Below are positions 41,917 to 51,901 of a stretch of DNA of 64,000 bases, piece after piece. Source of the stretch: Gammaproteobacteria bacterium (GTDB lineage: Bacteria; Pseudomonadota; Gammaproteobacteria; SZUA-152); assembly GCA_013152545.1 (NCBI GenBank), contig JAADGF010000020.1, positions 302-64,301 of the forward strand, given 5' to 3'. Position 1 is the stretch's first letter, and the number at the start of each line of letters is the position of its first letter. The notes under the pieces were generated by a model, which saw nothing but the letters and a program-made list of their open reading frames with translations, was not told where the DNA came from and made no database searches. A program made the position numbers and the translations under genes.

Positions 41917-43222
41917 AAATATTCTCCTCACCGACAGCAGCAATCAATCGGGCCAATGCCTGATTAGCAACACTAAGCGCCTTCCAATATTGGGTTTCGT
42001 AATCATAAAGCGTGGTTTGGCTGCGAATCAGGCTCAGAAAATCCACCTTACCCACTTGATATCCGGCCAATAGGGCATCCACCGTCTGACGAGCCTGAGG
42101 AATGATTTCCTGCTGGAACAGTTGTGTCTGCTCACCCGCGCGGTGGTAATCAGTCATCGCCTGCAACACTTGTGAGGCCACCTGGTTACGTTGGTCATGC
42201 AGCTGATATTTTTGCTGCAACCACTCGGCATTACGCTGATCAACGGCACGATCCTGCTTACTGCTGGCGTAGAACGGTAAATTCATACTAAACATGATAG
42301 AACCAAAGTCAGCGCGACTACCGCCATCGGGGTTATTGCCATTGCGCAAGCCGTACACTGCGCCTACGTTGAAATCGGGTGCATAATTCTTTTTCGCCAA
42401 ATCAGCACGACTACGTGCCGCCGCCATACGTTCGGTTTGCGCCGCTAATGTCGGGCGGGCAGTTTTAGCTTGCTGCTGCAACACTTCCAATGTATTCAGC
42501 GCGAGCAATACTTCATTGACAGAAACAGGTAGTTGAACAGCATCTGCCACCGGGTGATCCATCAACATATTCAGGCGTACTGCCTCATTTTCACGACTAT
42601 TCTGAACACGAATCGCACTATCACTCAGTTTGGACAACTCCAGTTGCGCCAGCAGAATGTCCTGTTGCAAGCCCCGACCCACGGTATAACGCGTCTCAGC
42701 CACATTGACGAACTGCTTCAACAGAACTTGATTACGCACAATGACTTCCAATACCCGATCCAGGTAGAAGATATTCCACCACACGGTTTTAACATCACGC
42801 ACCAATTGTAGGCGTTTTTCCTCAACATCTGCCCCTGCGGCACCTGCCTCATGCCGAGCGGCTTGCGCGCGTAACGCCAGCTTGCCGGGATAGGGCAGTG
42901 CCTGAGTGAGGCCCACCTGAAGCTGCGTCATGCCTTCTTGGGTAAACGCAAAGCTATCTAATGGCAGATTAACGACATTGACTGACAAACGGGGATCAGG
43001 CAACGCCTGCGCTTGGTCTGGCACTTCGGCCAACGCATTGGCCCGTGCTTCAATGGCCGCCAAACCTGGGTTAGCGGCCAAAGCCTCAGTGACAGCGTTG
43101 TCCAAAGACAACACCGCCGCCGCTGCCTGAACGGCACCGCCTAACATCAACACACCGACCAACCAGCGGCAGCCAAAACGGCACATCAGTGAATTGAATC
43201 GGTATTCACATTGAAAATACAA
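41909..43222 (-). CDS. cusC: outer-membrane efflux protein (TolC/CusC family)
   Basis: Signal peptide and OEP repeat architecture. First gene of the minus-strand operon, facing cusRS. The true start may be the internal Met (MCRF...). Confidence 0.8.
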   Translation of the reverse strand: MYFQCEYRFNSLMCRFGCRWLVGVLMLGGAVQAAAAVLSLDNAVTEALAANPGLAAIEARANALAEVPDQAQALPDPRLSVNVVNLPLDSFAFTQEGMTQLQVGLTQALPYPGKLALRAQAARHEAGAAGADVEEKRLQLVRDVKTVWWNIFYLDRVLEVIVRNQVLLKQFVNVAETRYTVGRGLQQDILLAQLELSKLSDSAIRVQNSRENEAVRLNMLMDHPVADAVQLPVSVNEVLLALNTLEVLQQQAKTARPTLAAQTERMAAARSRADLAKKNYAPDFNVGAVYGLRNGNNPDGGSRADFGSIMFSMNLPFYASSKQDRAVDQRNAEWLQQKYQLHDQRNQVASQVLQAMTDYHRAGEQTQLFQQEIIPQARQTVDALLAGYQVGKVDFLSLIRSQTTLYDYETQYWKALSVANQALARLIAAVGEENIYE

Positions 43223-43290
43223 ATTAATGACTCCTCAAAGTTGCTACGACGAAGAATAGAGGGCATACGCTGTCGCTAAGGTGACGCTTG

Positions 43291-43308
43291 CATTACAATT
43301 TTGTAATG
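43291..43308. promoter_or_regulatory. candidate CusR/CopR box: perfect palindrome CATTACAA-TT-TTGTAATG
   Basis: Lies in the 132-bp cusC/cusR divergent intergenic region. The architecture matches the E. coli CusR box ATGACAAnnTTGTCAT. A second dyad, CTGTCAT-ACTC-ATGACAG, is at 43312-43329. Confidence 0.5.
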
Positions 43309-43354
43309 TTGCTGTCATACTCATGACAGAAGGTATCGGCTAGGCTGTTTGACT

Positions 43355-44041
43355 ATGAAACTTTTAATTGTCGAAGATGAAGTTAAAACCGGTGAATACC
43401 TCAAACAGGGATTGAGTGAAGCAGGTTTTATTGTCGATTTAACGCATAATGGCCTGGATGGCCACCATTTAGCCATGACGGAATATTACGACTTGCTTAT
43501 CCTTGATGTGATGTTACCGGACGTGGATGGCTGGCGAATTTTAAAATCATTGCGCGAATCCGGCAAAGCGGTTCCTGTACTGTTTTTGACCGCTCGTGAC
43601 AGCGTGGACGACCGCGTTAAAGGACTGGAACTAGGCGCGGACGATTACCTTGTCAAACCCTTCGTCTTCGCCGAACTCCTGGCACGCGTGCGCACATTGC
43701 TACGCCGCAGCGCAGGCCCCGCCACGGAACTCAGCTTAAGCGTCGCTGATCTGGAACTGGACCTAGCCCGCCATCGCGCCAGCCGCGATGGTAAACGCAT
43801 CCACCTCACGGCCAAAGAATTCGCCCTGCTGGAACTGCTGGTACGCCGCCAGGGAGAAGTCCTGCCCCGCTCCTTGATCGCCTCCCAGGTCTGGGATATG
43901 AATTTCGATAGCGACACTAACGTCATTGATGTCGCCATACGCCGTCTACGCGGAAAAATCGATGATAACTTCACGCTCAAGCTGATTCAAACCGTGCGCG
44001 GCATGGGTTATATGATCGACATACCAGACGAAAGCACTTAG
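43355..44041 (+). CDS. cusR: OmpR-family heavy-metal response regulator
   Basis: Receiver domain (MKLLIVEDE...D52) and a winged-helix C-terminus. Paired with the sensor kinase. Confidence 0.85.
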   Translation: MKLLIVEDEVKTGEYLKQGLSEAGFIVDLTHNGLDGHHLAMTEYYDLLILDVMLPDVDGWRILKSLRESGKAVPVLFLTARDSVDDRVKGLELGADDYLVKPFVFAELLARVRTLLRRSAGPATELSLSVADLELDLARHRASRDGKRIHLTAKEFALLELLVRRQGEVLPRSLIASQVWDMNFDSDTNVIDVAIRRLRGKIDDNFTLKLIQTVRGMGYMIDIPDEST

Positions 44042-44043
44042 CA

Positions 44044-45441
44044 TTGATGAAACACCCCACCTCTTTAGCACTACGGCTAACATTATTGTTCAGCGCCGTT
44101 GCCACCGTGGTACTCTTGGCCTTTGGCTGGGTCATTGAACGCTCTATCGAAGAACACTTTGCGCTGGAAGACATCAAGGAACTCAAGGTAATTGCCCAAG
44201 CGGTACAACAGTCGCTCACGACACTACAACCCAATCACGATTTAACCCGAATCAAACAGCGTTTCGATGACATCCTGGTGGGACACCACGGCCCAGTACT
44301 CTATATTCGCAGCGCATCAGGAAAACTATTATACAGTAGTCCCGAAGCAGACCTTTCCTTAGTGCCACCGCCATCCTCCAAGCAACGCTCACAAGGTAAC
44401 ATACAACAGTGGAGCCACGCCAAACGCCATTATCGTGTGCTCACCCAACAAATCACCGGAGAAAGTAACGGACCTTATACCGTTGTTATCGCTGTCGTTA
44501 TTGACTTTCATCTCCACTTTATCAAAAACTTCCGTTACACCCTATGGCTGATGGTTATTTGCGGCATTGTCATCATGGGGCTAATGAGTTGGATTGCGGT
44601 ACGGCAGGGGCATCGGCCACTACACCGTATCGTTGAGCAAATCAGCCAAACCAGCGCCAACGAGTTAAACAGCCGACTCGACCCCACCACCGTACCCGCT
44701 GAACTCACCGAACTTGCCCTGTCGTTCAACGAGCTGCTACAGCGCATGGAAGAGGCCTTCAGCCGCCTTTCCAATTTTTCCGCCGACATTGCCCATGAAC
44801 TACGCACCCCGGTCACTAATATGATGACCCAAACCCAGGTTGCCCTCTCCCAGGCACGTAACGCTGAGGCGTACCAGGAGGTACTTTACTCCAACATGGA
44901 AGAGTACGAGCGCATGGCACAGATGATCAGCGATATGCTCTTTTTAGCCCAAGCCGACAACACCCGGCAACCACCCAATGCAGAAGCAATCAATTTGAAA
45001 AGCGAAGTACACAACCTGTTCGATTATTATGGTGCTTGGGCAGAAGAGTGTCATGTTTCATTAATACAACAAGGTGACGCCCATCTTCAGGGTGACCGGC
45101 TAATGCTGCGCCGCGCGCTCAGCAATCTGCTTTCTAACGCCATCCGCTATACACCCGCCGATAACAGCGTAGAAATAACGCTCAACCACACCAAAAGTGA
45201 TGTGCTAATCGTGGTCCAGAACCCTGGTACGCCCATCCCAACTGAACATCTGTACAAAATTTTTGACCGTTTTTACCGCACAGACCCATCACGTCAGCGC
45301 AGCGGTGAGGGGGCCGGGCTCGGCTTGGCCATCGTTAAATCCATTGTCGAAGCACATGGAGGTACCATTATAGCCACCTCCAACGCAATTGGCACACAAT
45401 TCAGAATTAGCCTTCCCAGGGAAATGAGATCACCCCCCTAA
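44044..45441 (+). CDS. cusS: heavy-metal sensor histidine kinase
   Basis: Two TM helices with a periplasmic loop. HAMP domain, H-box HELRTPVTNM, N and G boxes. Confidence 0.85.
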   Translation: MMKHPTSLALRLTLLFSAVATVVLLAFGWVIERSIEEHFALEDIKELKVIAQAVQQSLTTLQPNHDLTRIKQRFDDILVGHHGPVLYIRSASGKLLYSSPEADLSLVPPPSSKQRSQGNIQQWSHAKRHYRVLTQQITGESNGPYTVVIAVVIDFHLHFIKNFRYTLWLMVICGIVIMGLMSWIAVRQGHRPLHRIVEQISQTSANELNSRLDPTTVPAELTELALSFNELLQRMEEAFSRLSNFSADIAHELRTPVTNMMTQTQVALSQARNAEAYQEVLYSNMEEYERMAQMISDMLFLAQADNTRQPPNAEAINLKSEVHNLFDYYGAWAEECHVSLIQQGDAHLQGDRLMLRRALSNLLSNAIRYTPADNSVEITLNHTKSDVLIVVQNPGTPIPTEHLYKIFDRFYRTDPSRQRSGEGAGLGLAIVKSIVEAHGGTIIATSNAIGTQFRISLPREMRSPP

Positions 45442-45521
45442 ATAAATTTATTTAGAGCCTGACTCTATTTAATATTCTCGACCCGTTTTTAAGAGTCGCA
45501 TTGAATAATAATGACGCCCCA

Positions 45522-46379
45522 TCACTCCCAATTAGAAGATGCCATACTTGTCAAATACTGAGCATGAAATGCTAAATGCTCTCCGATAAACGATGCAACA
45601 AAATGATAGCCATGGTCATATTCTTGCCTGTACATAAAATTTAGAGCAATACCTCTCTTTTCACACACAGAAACCAAATGCTGGGGGAATAAATAATCCG
45701 CTAGAAACTCATCTTCGGTTCCCTGGTCAATTTTACACGGTAACAACTCCGCCTTATCTATTAATAATTCTGTCGCATCAAATTCACGCCAGCGTTTTTC
45801 ATCTCCACCTAAATAAGCCTGAAAACAAGTTTTCCCCCATGCCGATGCAACCGGATGGCATATCGGCGAAAATGCTGAAACAGAACGATAGAAACTCGGA
45901 TTTTTCAACGCACAAACCAATGCACCATGGCCACCCATAGAATGCCCTGAAATAGACCGCAAATCTTCAATGACCGGAAAATTGGTTTCAATAAGCGTTG
46001 GTAGTTCCTGTGTAATGTAATCATACATTTGGTAGTTTCTCGACCAAGGTTCTTGGCTTGCATTAAGGTAAAAACCGGCTCCCTGACCTAAATCGTAACG
46101 ATCGACAGCATCTGGAACAGCATCACCTCGCGGGCTGGTATCAGGAATGACCAAAGCAATACCTAGCTCTGCGGCATAACGCTGCGCACCCGCTTTAGTA
46201 CGAAAATTATCATCCGTGCAAGTTAACCCCGACAACCAATAAATGACCGGAACGGGTCTTTCTTTTGCTGCTGGCGGCAGATAAATTGAAAACGTCATTT
46301 CACAATGACAACAAGCTGAATCATGCGAATACCGCATTAACCAACCATCAAATTCTTTCACTCTTTCTAATTGTTTCAT
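45522..46379 (-). CDS. frmB: S-formylglutathione hydrolase (esterase D)
   Basis: 285 aa with GHSMGGHGAL around the nucleophile. Co-oriented with frmA. Confidence 0.85.
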   Translation of the reverse strand: MKQLERVKEFDGWLMRYSHDSACCHCEMTFSIYLPPAAKERPVPVIYWLSGLTCTDDNFRTKAGAQRYAAELGIALVIPDTSPRGDAVPDAVDRYDLGQGAGFYLNASQEPWSRNYQMYDYITQELPTLIETNFPVIEDLRSISGHSMGGHGALVCALKNPSFYRSVSAFSPICHPVASAWGKTCFQAYLGGDEKRWREFDATELLIDKAELLPCKIDQGTEDEFLADYLFPQHLVSVCEKRGIALNFMYRQEYDHGYHFVASFIGEHLAFHAQYLTSMASSNWE

Positions 46380-46380
46380 A

Positions 46381-47490
46381 TCAAAATGTAATCACTGAAC
46401 GGATACTTTCCCCGCTATGCATTAATTCAAAAGCACGGTTAATATCATCTAAAGGCATGGTATGTGTCACCATCTTATCCAGTTCGATTTCACCCATCAT
46501 GTAACGATCAACATAACCCGGCAACTCAGTACGACCCTTGACGCCACCAAATGCGCTCCCCTTCCAAGTACGGCCAGTCACTAACTGAAAAGGTCTGGTT
46601 GATATTTTCTGGCCATTACCCGCTACACCAATAACCGTCGAAACACCCCACCCCATGTGACAACATTCCAACGCTTCACGCATAACATCGACATTGCCAA
46701 TACACTCAAAAGAGTAATCAACACCACCATTCGTCATCTCAATAACAGCCTCAGTCACACCACCTGATAATTCATTTGGATTAACAACATCGGTTGCGCC
46801 TAGCGCTCTTGCCATTTCAAATTTAGCCGGATTAATATCAATCGCAATAATGCGTTTGGCTTTCGCCATTATCGCACCCTGAATACAGGATAACCCAATA
46901 CCACCCAGCCCGAATACCGCAACGCTAGCACCGGCCTCAACTTTCGCCGTATTGAGCACCGCACCGATACCTGTAGTAATGCCACAACCTAGTAAACACA
47001 CTTTATCCAGTGGTGCTGCTTTATTAATTTTTGCTAACGCAATTTCTGGTACAACCGTGTATTCCGAAAAAGTAGAACAACCCATATAGTGATATATTGG
47101 TTTACCCTTTATCGAAAATCGTCGCGTATGATCTGGCATAAAACCAGTCCACACCGTCGCTGCAATCGATTGACATAAATTCGTTTTGGTTGACAAGCAA
47201 AATTGACATTCACCACATTCTGGAATATATAACGGAATAACGTGATCACCGGGCTTTAAATCCTTAACGCCTAGGCCACATTCGACGACCTCACAACCGC
47301 CCTCATGCCCAAGCACTACCGGAAATACACCTTCAGGGTCTTCTCCGGAAAGAGTAAAAGCATCCGTATGACACACCCCCGTCGCAATAACCTTGAGTAA
47401 AACTTCACCTTTTTTTGGGCTTTCAACATCAATCCATTCAATTTCAAGTGATTTTTTAGCTTGCCATGCCACTGCCGCTTTTGCTTTCAA
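46381..47490 (-). CDS. frmA: S-(hydroxymethyl)glutathione dehydrogenase / class III alcohol dehydrogenase
   Basis: 369 aa, GVCHTD zinc-ligand motif, MDR family. The AVAWQA...EIEW N-terminus is typical of the class. Confidence 0.9.
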   Translation of the reverse strand: MKAKAAVAWQAKKSLEIEWIDVESPKKGEVLLKVIATGVCHTDAFTLSGEDPEGVFPVVLGHEGGCEVVECGLGVKDLKPGDHVIPLYIPECGECQFCLSTKTNLCQSIAATVWTGFMPDHTRRFSIKGKPIYHYMGCSTFSEYTVVPEIALAKINKAAPLDKVCLLGCGITTGIGAVLNTAKVEAGASVAVFGLGGIGLSCIQGAIMAKAKRIIAIDINPAKFEMARALGATDVVNPNELSGGVTEAVIEMTNGGVDYSFECIGNVDVMREALECCHMGWGVSTVIGVAGNGQKISTRPFQLVTGRTWKGSAFGGVKGRTELPGYVDRYMMGEIELDKMVTHTMPLDDINRAFELMHSGESIRSVITF

Positions 47491-48522
47491 TATAACTCTC
47501 CCTAACGATTACGCTTTGGTCTTTTTTCATAACAAGGAATAGACGCATAAATTATATATTCCTTCGTTAAGTCAACAGTAAGCAATCATTTTTAATATAA
47601 AATAAAATCAATGTGAGTAACTTGATTTTCAGCCCCATGAATAAACATTCATTGAGAACAACGCAATATACCCGTAGCGTTTGAGATTTAAGTGTTAACT
47701 TGGCTAAATATGCTCGCCCACAAGTGTTTTCCTAATTATTAACACCTAAAACTCTAGCGCCATGGGTATATAACATTCAACTTAAAATCAGCCGTTGGAC
47801 GGCATCTATACCCAAAAGAAAAAAACGAAGAACCAAGCTACTGTCGAAACATTATTCAAACAAAACGACACGCAATTGAGATACCGTACTTTACAGTACT
47901 CACGAGTCGATTCCGATGAGGTCTCCCTTGCCACCACATTTTCGGACAATCCATCGCAACCTTCCGTCACAGTTGAAGCATAGTCCAGCTATTTATAGCA
48001 GAAATTCATACTCAGTTAGCAATGCCTTATGAGCTTAGATGGTTTTCGGGCTGGCGCTAGTTAGCTGTCGAAACATATCAATTGAATGGCATGTAAGATT
48101 ACGTTTTTTTATCGTGATTGATTAGGCGTGATGCGACATAACAGCGGGCTATTACAATAATTCGTAATCGTAACGACACCAGAACGCGATAAAAAATGCG
48201 TTCTGGATCGTAGCATACTTACCCTTTCTTTGAGTGAAGCTGGTAAAAACATAATCTTTCAATTATTTCAAAAAATTATACGCGCTCAACTGAGGGGGTT
48301 AGATTCGATTTTCATTTGCAATCACGCTTGGCGAGTGACGATCACACCACACCGCAAACATTCAACCTTTTCAATATCGCCTGCGGCACCAAAACCAAAC
48401 GTCTTGTCAATTACGCGAAAATCATGAAAACCCAACCAACACAAGAGACGAGCAAACAATGACGGCCTCGTTGACATACCATAAATCTCCCTAAATAATG
48501 TACATGCGATACCACTTTAGGA

Positions 48523-49101
48523 TCATGCACGTCCCTCATCTTTGTAGTCATGAATCATCTCCCATAGCAAACAATTCAAGGTATCATCCTCATACTCAAT
48601 GTTTTCGACAATCTTTCTCGCTCGCATGGAGAGGCGCCGATACCCCCAGAGTGACCTTCGTTTGGTCTCAATCCACCCCTCACGCTGGTAATAGAGCGGC
48701 AGATTCACGTCGAAATAGGAAATGCTGTCGGCATCCTTGAGCAGATCAGCAGCGGAGTCACCACCCACTTCGTGGACCGTCACCAAACGACAAGCCTCGT
48801 TCATGATATCTCGTGCCACACCGCATGCAGCTAATATTGGGCGTAACAGTTCTGCGCCGTGTTGCGCATGGGCCGCTTTAAACGTGTCGTAATCATCAAA
48901 ATCAGCGCGCCTTACCTTAACCGCCTCTATTGCCCGATCGATATCATGCGCCAAGGCTGCTAACTGTAGCGCCTCGCCAACATCCGGTGCGAGACGCAAA
49001 AGCCACTCCAACGTATTATCGGCATGCCGGGGGTCTTCAGGCACTTGCGAACCCGCAATCACTGCCCGGATTTTCGTCTTTGCACAATCAATGCTGACCA
49101 T
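48523..49101 (-). CDS. conserved hypothetical protein (DUF4202-like), last gene of the inositol operon
   Basis: The ORF overlaps the 3' end of the IPCT/DIPPS gene. The family name is a recollection only. Confidence 0.4.
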   Translation of the reverse strand: MVSIDCAKTKIRAVIAGSQVPEDPRHADNTLEWLLRLAPDVGEALQLAALAHDIDRAIEAVKVRRADFDDYDTFKAAHAQHGAELLRPILAACGVARDIMNEACRLVTVHEVGGDSAADLLKDADSISYFDVNLPLYYQREGWIETKRRSLWGYRRLSMRARKIVENIEYEDDTLNCLLWEMIHDYKDEGRA

Positions 49102-50464
49102 CAAGCGCAATTCTCACCCGACGCAGCACCTCAATATTCATCACCACAGCGATCAACACCAAAACGGGAAATACCATATTGGTTATCGCACCGAGAAAGA
49201 TAAGGAACACGCGCACATCACGCCCCATCCGCAACCCGGCCTTACCTCCCGCCTGAACCCACTCGCGCATTAGATTATCATACTTGTCAGCAGTGTAACT
49301 CAACATGAACGAGCCAATAATAGCCATAAAACCCACCAACAGAACCCAGCCGCTCGCGTCCACCGCCAGCAGGTGCCAAGTCAAGCCAAATAACAGAAAG
49401 GCATCGGCATAACGATCCAGTACGGCATCAAACCAACCACCGCTGTTACTACTTTGGTACTTGAGCCGCGCTACTTCGCCATCACAACCGTCGATAATGG
49501 AGGCAAACTGAGCGATCACACCGCCAACAATCAGAAAAAAATATCCACCCAGCATAAATAACCCAGCAGCCAGCACAGAACATAGAAATGAGAATAGCGA
49601 AATCTGATTCGGCGTCACATCGCGTTGCACCAGATATCGAGAAAACCGCACAGAGAAGGGGCGATTTAGATAATGTGCAACAGGCCCGTCGTTGGGCTTG
49701 TCGCAGAGTCGTGCTAACAAAACCTGTTCCGCTCGCAGGAATGCGGCAGGATCATCCACATCAATCCAGAAGCCATCCAACAAAACGGCTTTCGCTCGCC
49801 CTTCAGCAGCCAGGATGCGTACTGCGCCAGACAGGGTGGTATCGCCGTTTTTTTCTTCGCTTTGCTCCAACGCGTTGAAAATCGCCGGGGAACATAAGAA
49901 AACACCTGTGTCGAAACCATTAAAATCAGCTAGCCCTTTGCCGATATCAATGATTTTTTTGTTGTTACTCTTGCTATTTTTATTGCTATTATTCAAAATG
50001 CAATCGTCTTCTTCCAACTTGACACGGGTAACATCTTCCATGTCGATGAGCGGGTTGTCAGTGTTAACATCCACTCCGAGCGCAATTTCCCCCTCACCCA
50101 GTGTTAACATCGCCAATGGCCGAACCAGTTCAGGGTCAAAAAGGTGATCGGCCATGAGCAGCAAAAAAGGTTCGTGCAAAACATCACGGGCCTTGAGTAC
50201 CGAAAGGCCGTTTTCTTTGTCCCAATCCTCATTCACTAACGGCGTAATTTTAATCGCAAGGCAATTCGCCAGTCGGGCTAGAAAATGCCGTACCTGCTCA
50301 CCCTGATGACCAACAACCACAAAAAACTCATTCGCGCCAGCCTCCATAGCCGCACGGATAACCCGTTCAATCAGGGGAATACCCAGCATAGAGACGAGCG
50401 GCTTGCTATCACCCTTGGATTGCAAGCGACTGCCTTTGCCAGCGGCGATAATCAGGCACTTCAT
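49088..50464 (-). CDS. bifunctional CTP:inositol-1-phosphate cytidylyltransferase / CDP-alcohol phosphatidyltransferase (IPCT/DIPPS-like)
   Basis: N-terminal nucleotidyltransferase motif LIIAAGKGSRL. C-terminal CDP-alcohol phosphatidyltransferase motif DGCDGEVAR(x9)GGWFDAVLDRYAD. Multi-TM C-terminal domain. Confidence 0.75.
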   Translation of the reverse strand: MKCLIIAAGKGSRLQSKGDSKPLVSMLGIPLIERVIRAAMEAGANEFFVVVGHQGEQVRHFLARLANCLAIKITPLVNEDWDKENGLSVLKARDVLHEPFLLLMADHLFDPELVRPLAMLTLGEGEIALGVDVNTDNPLIDMEDVTRVKLEEDDCILNNSNKNSKSNNKKIIDIGKGLADFNGFDTGVFLCSPAIFNALEQSEEKNGDTTLSGAVRILAAEGRAKAVLLDGFWIDVDDPAAFLRAEQVLLARLCDKPNDGPVAHYLNRPFSVRFSRYLVQRDVTPNQISLFSFLCSVLAAGLFMLGGYFFLIVGGVIAQFASIIDGCDGEVARLKYQSSNSGGWFDAVLDRYADAFLLFGLTWHLLAVDASGWVLLVGFMAIIGSFMLSYTADKYDNLMREWVQAGGKAGLRMGRDVRVFLIFLGAITNMVFPVLVLIAVVMNIEVLRRVRIALDGQH

Positions 50465-50474
50465 AGCAATCGCC

Positions 50475-51575
50475 TCATTCACCTTTAATAAAATCTTCCA
50501 TCATTTTAAATGCTTCATCATCCGTCAATTGGCGTAGTGGGTGTTTACAAAAATAGGCCGATGGCGCTTCCAAAATGCCGCTCTGGCCACGATCTAACGC
50601 TAATTTGGCGCAGCGAATCATATCAATGGACACACCGGCTGAGTTAGGCGAATCTTCCACTGACAGACGCAATTCGATGTTCATCGGTACATCACCAAAC
50701 ATTGATCCCTCCATACGCAGGAAGCAAACCTTGTTGTCATTTTGCCAGGGGACATAGTCACTCGGGCCAATATGAATATCGTCATCATCCATACGGTTAC
50801 CGGTCACGGACCGCACCGCCTCGGTTTTAGACTCCTTTTTGGAAGCTAGGCGTGAATGATTGAGCATATTGAGAAAATCGGTGTTACCGCCAGTATTGAG
50901 CTGATAGGTACGTTCCAGCTTTACGCCCCGTTTGGCGAATAGATCAGTCAGTGTACGATGAGTAATGGTTGCTCCCAACTGGGCCTTGATATCATCACCG
51001 ATGATGGGCAAGCCAGCCTCTTCAAAATGGCGTGCCCACTGACCCTCGGGATCACTCGCAATAAAGACCGGGATATTATTAATGAAAGCCAGCCCTGCTT
51101 TATAGGCACAACTGGCGTAAAAACGAGTTCCTTGCTCAGAACCAACCGGCAGGTAATTTAAGAGAATTTGTGCACCGCTATCTTTGAGTAGCTTAACCAC
51201 ATCTTCTTCGCTGGGTTCCGGCTCGTTTGCCAGCACAAAAGTACGCTTTTCGTCATAATTCTTCATATGATCGGAAAAACCATCCAAAATCTTACCCATC
51301 CGCACAGTAACACCAGACGCCGGGATATCGGCACAAAATACCGTCGTGCAGTTAGGAGCGGAAAAAATTGCTTCGTGTACGTCGGCGCCGACCTTACGTT
51401 TATCAATATCGAAGGCTGCAACAACGTCTATGTCTCCAGGCTGGTATCCGCCAATATCCCAATGCATCAAACCGATGGCATCTTTCGGGTTTTTTCCCCG
51501 ATAATAGTGCGTGCCTTGTATCAGAGAACTGGCACAGTTTCCTATGCCGACAATAGCAATTTTGATTTTACTCAT
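50475..51575 (-). CDS. ino1: myo-inositol-1-phosphate synthase (short prokaryotic type)
   Basis: NAD-binding N-terminus KIAIVGIGNCASSL. Core motifs NYLPVGSE and the SYQLNTGGNTDF-type catalytic region. The start is uncertain: MSKIKI (chosen) versus upstream Met codons. Confidence 0.8.
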   Translation of the reverse strand: MSKIKIAIVGIGNCASSLIQGTHYYRGKNPKDAIGLMHWDIGGYQPGDIDVVAAFDIDKRKVGADVHEAIFSAPNCTTVFCADIPASGVTVRMGKILDGFSDHMKNYDEKRTFVLANEPEPSEEDVVKLLKDSGAQILLNYLPVGSEQGTRFYASCAYKAGLAFINNIPVFIASDPEGQWARHFEEAGLPIIGDDIKAQLGATITHRTLTDLFAKRGVKLERTYQLNTGGNTDFLNMLNHSRLASKKESKTEAVRSVTGNRMDDDDIHIGPSDYVPWQNDNKVCFLRMEGSMFGDVPMNIELRLSVEDSPNSAGVSIDMIRCAKLALDRGQSGILEAPSAYFCKHPLRQLTDDEAFKMMEDFIKGE

Positions 51576-51901
51576 TTGTTTCACATCTCCTGTCATTTTC
51601 ATCCAATGCATGATTTTTATCTGGAAAACCTCGCTGTTCTTTTCAATCTAACATACCAATTGAGCTGCCCAGTATCGGTTATCATTCTGAAAATAAAAGA
51701 CTTTTTTGACTATCCCCTGCCTAACGCATCACCTATTTACGACGCCAACCTTAGCGTCTAAGGTTAAGGAAGATCAACATGTTCCAAAAAATTTCTGACA
51801 TTTTGTGCCATCAATGCTCACCGCAAGCTCAACGGGTTAAGTTCGGGTTTAACAGGGTGGTTCGGCCGGTTTAGCTCATCTGGCGAACACACCAGCGATT
51901 G

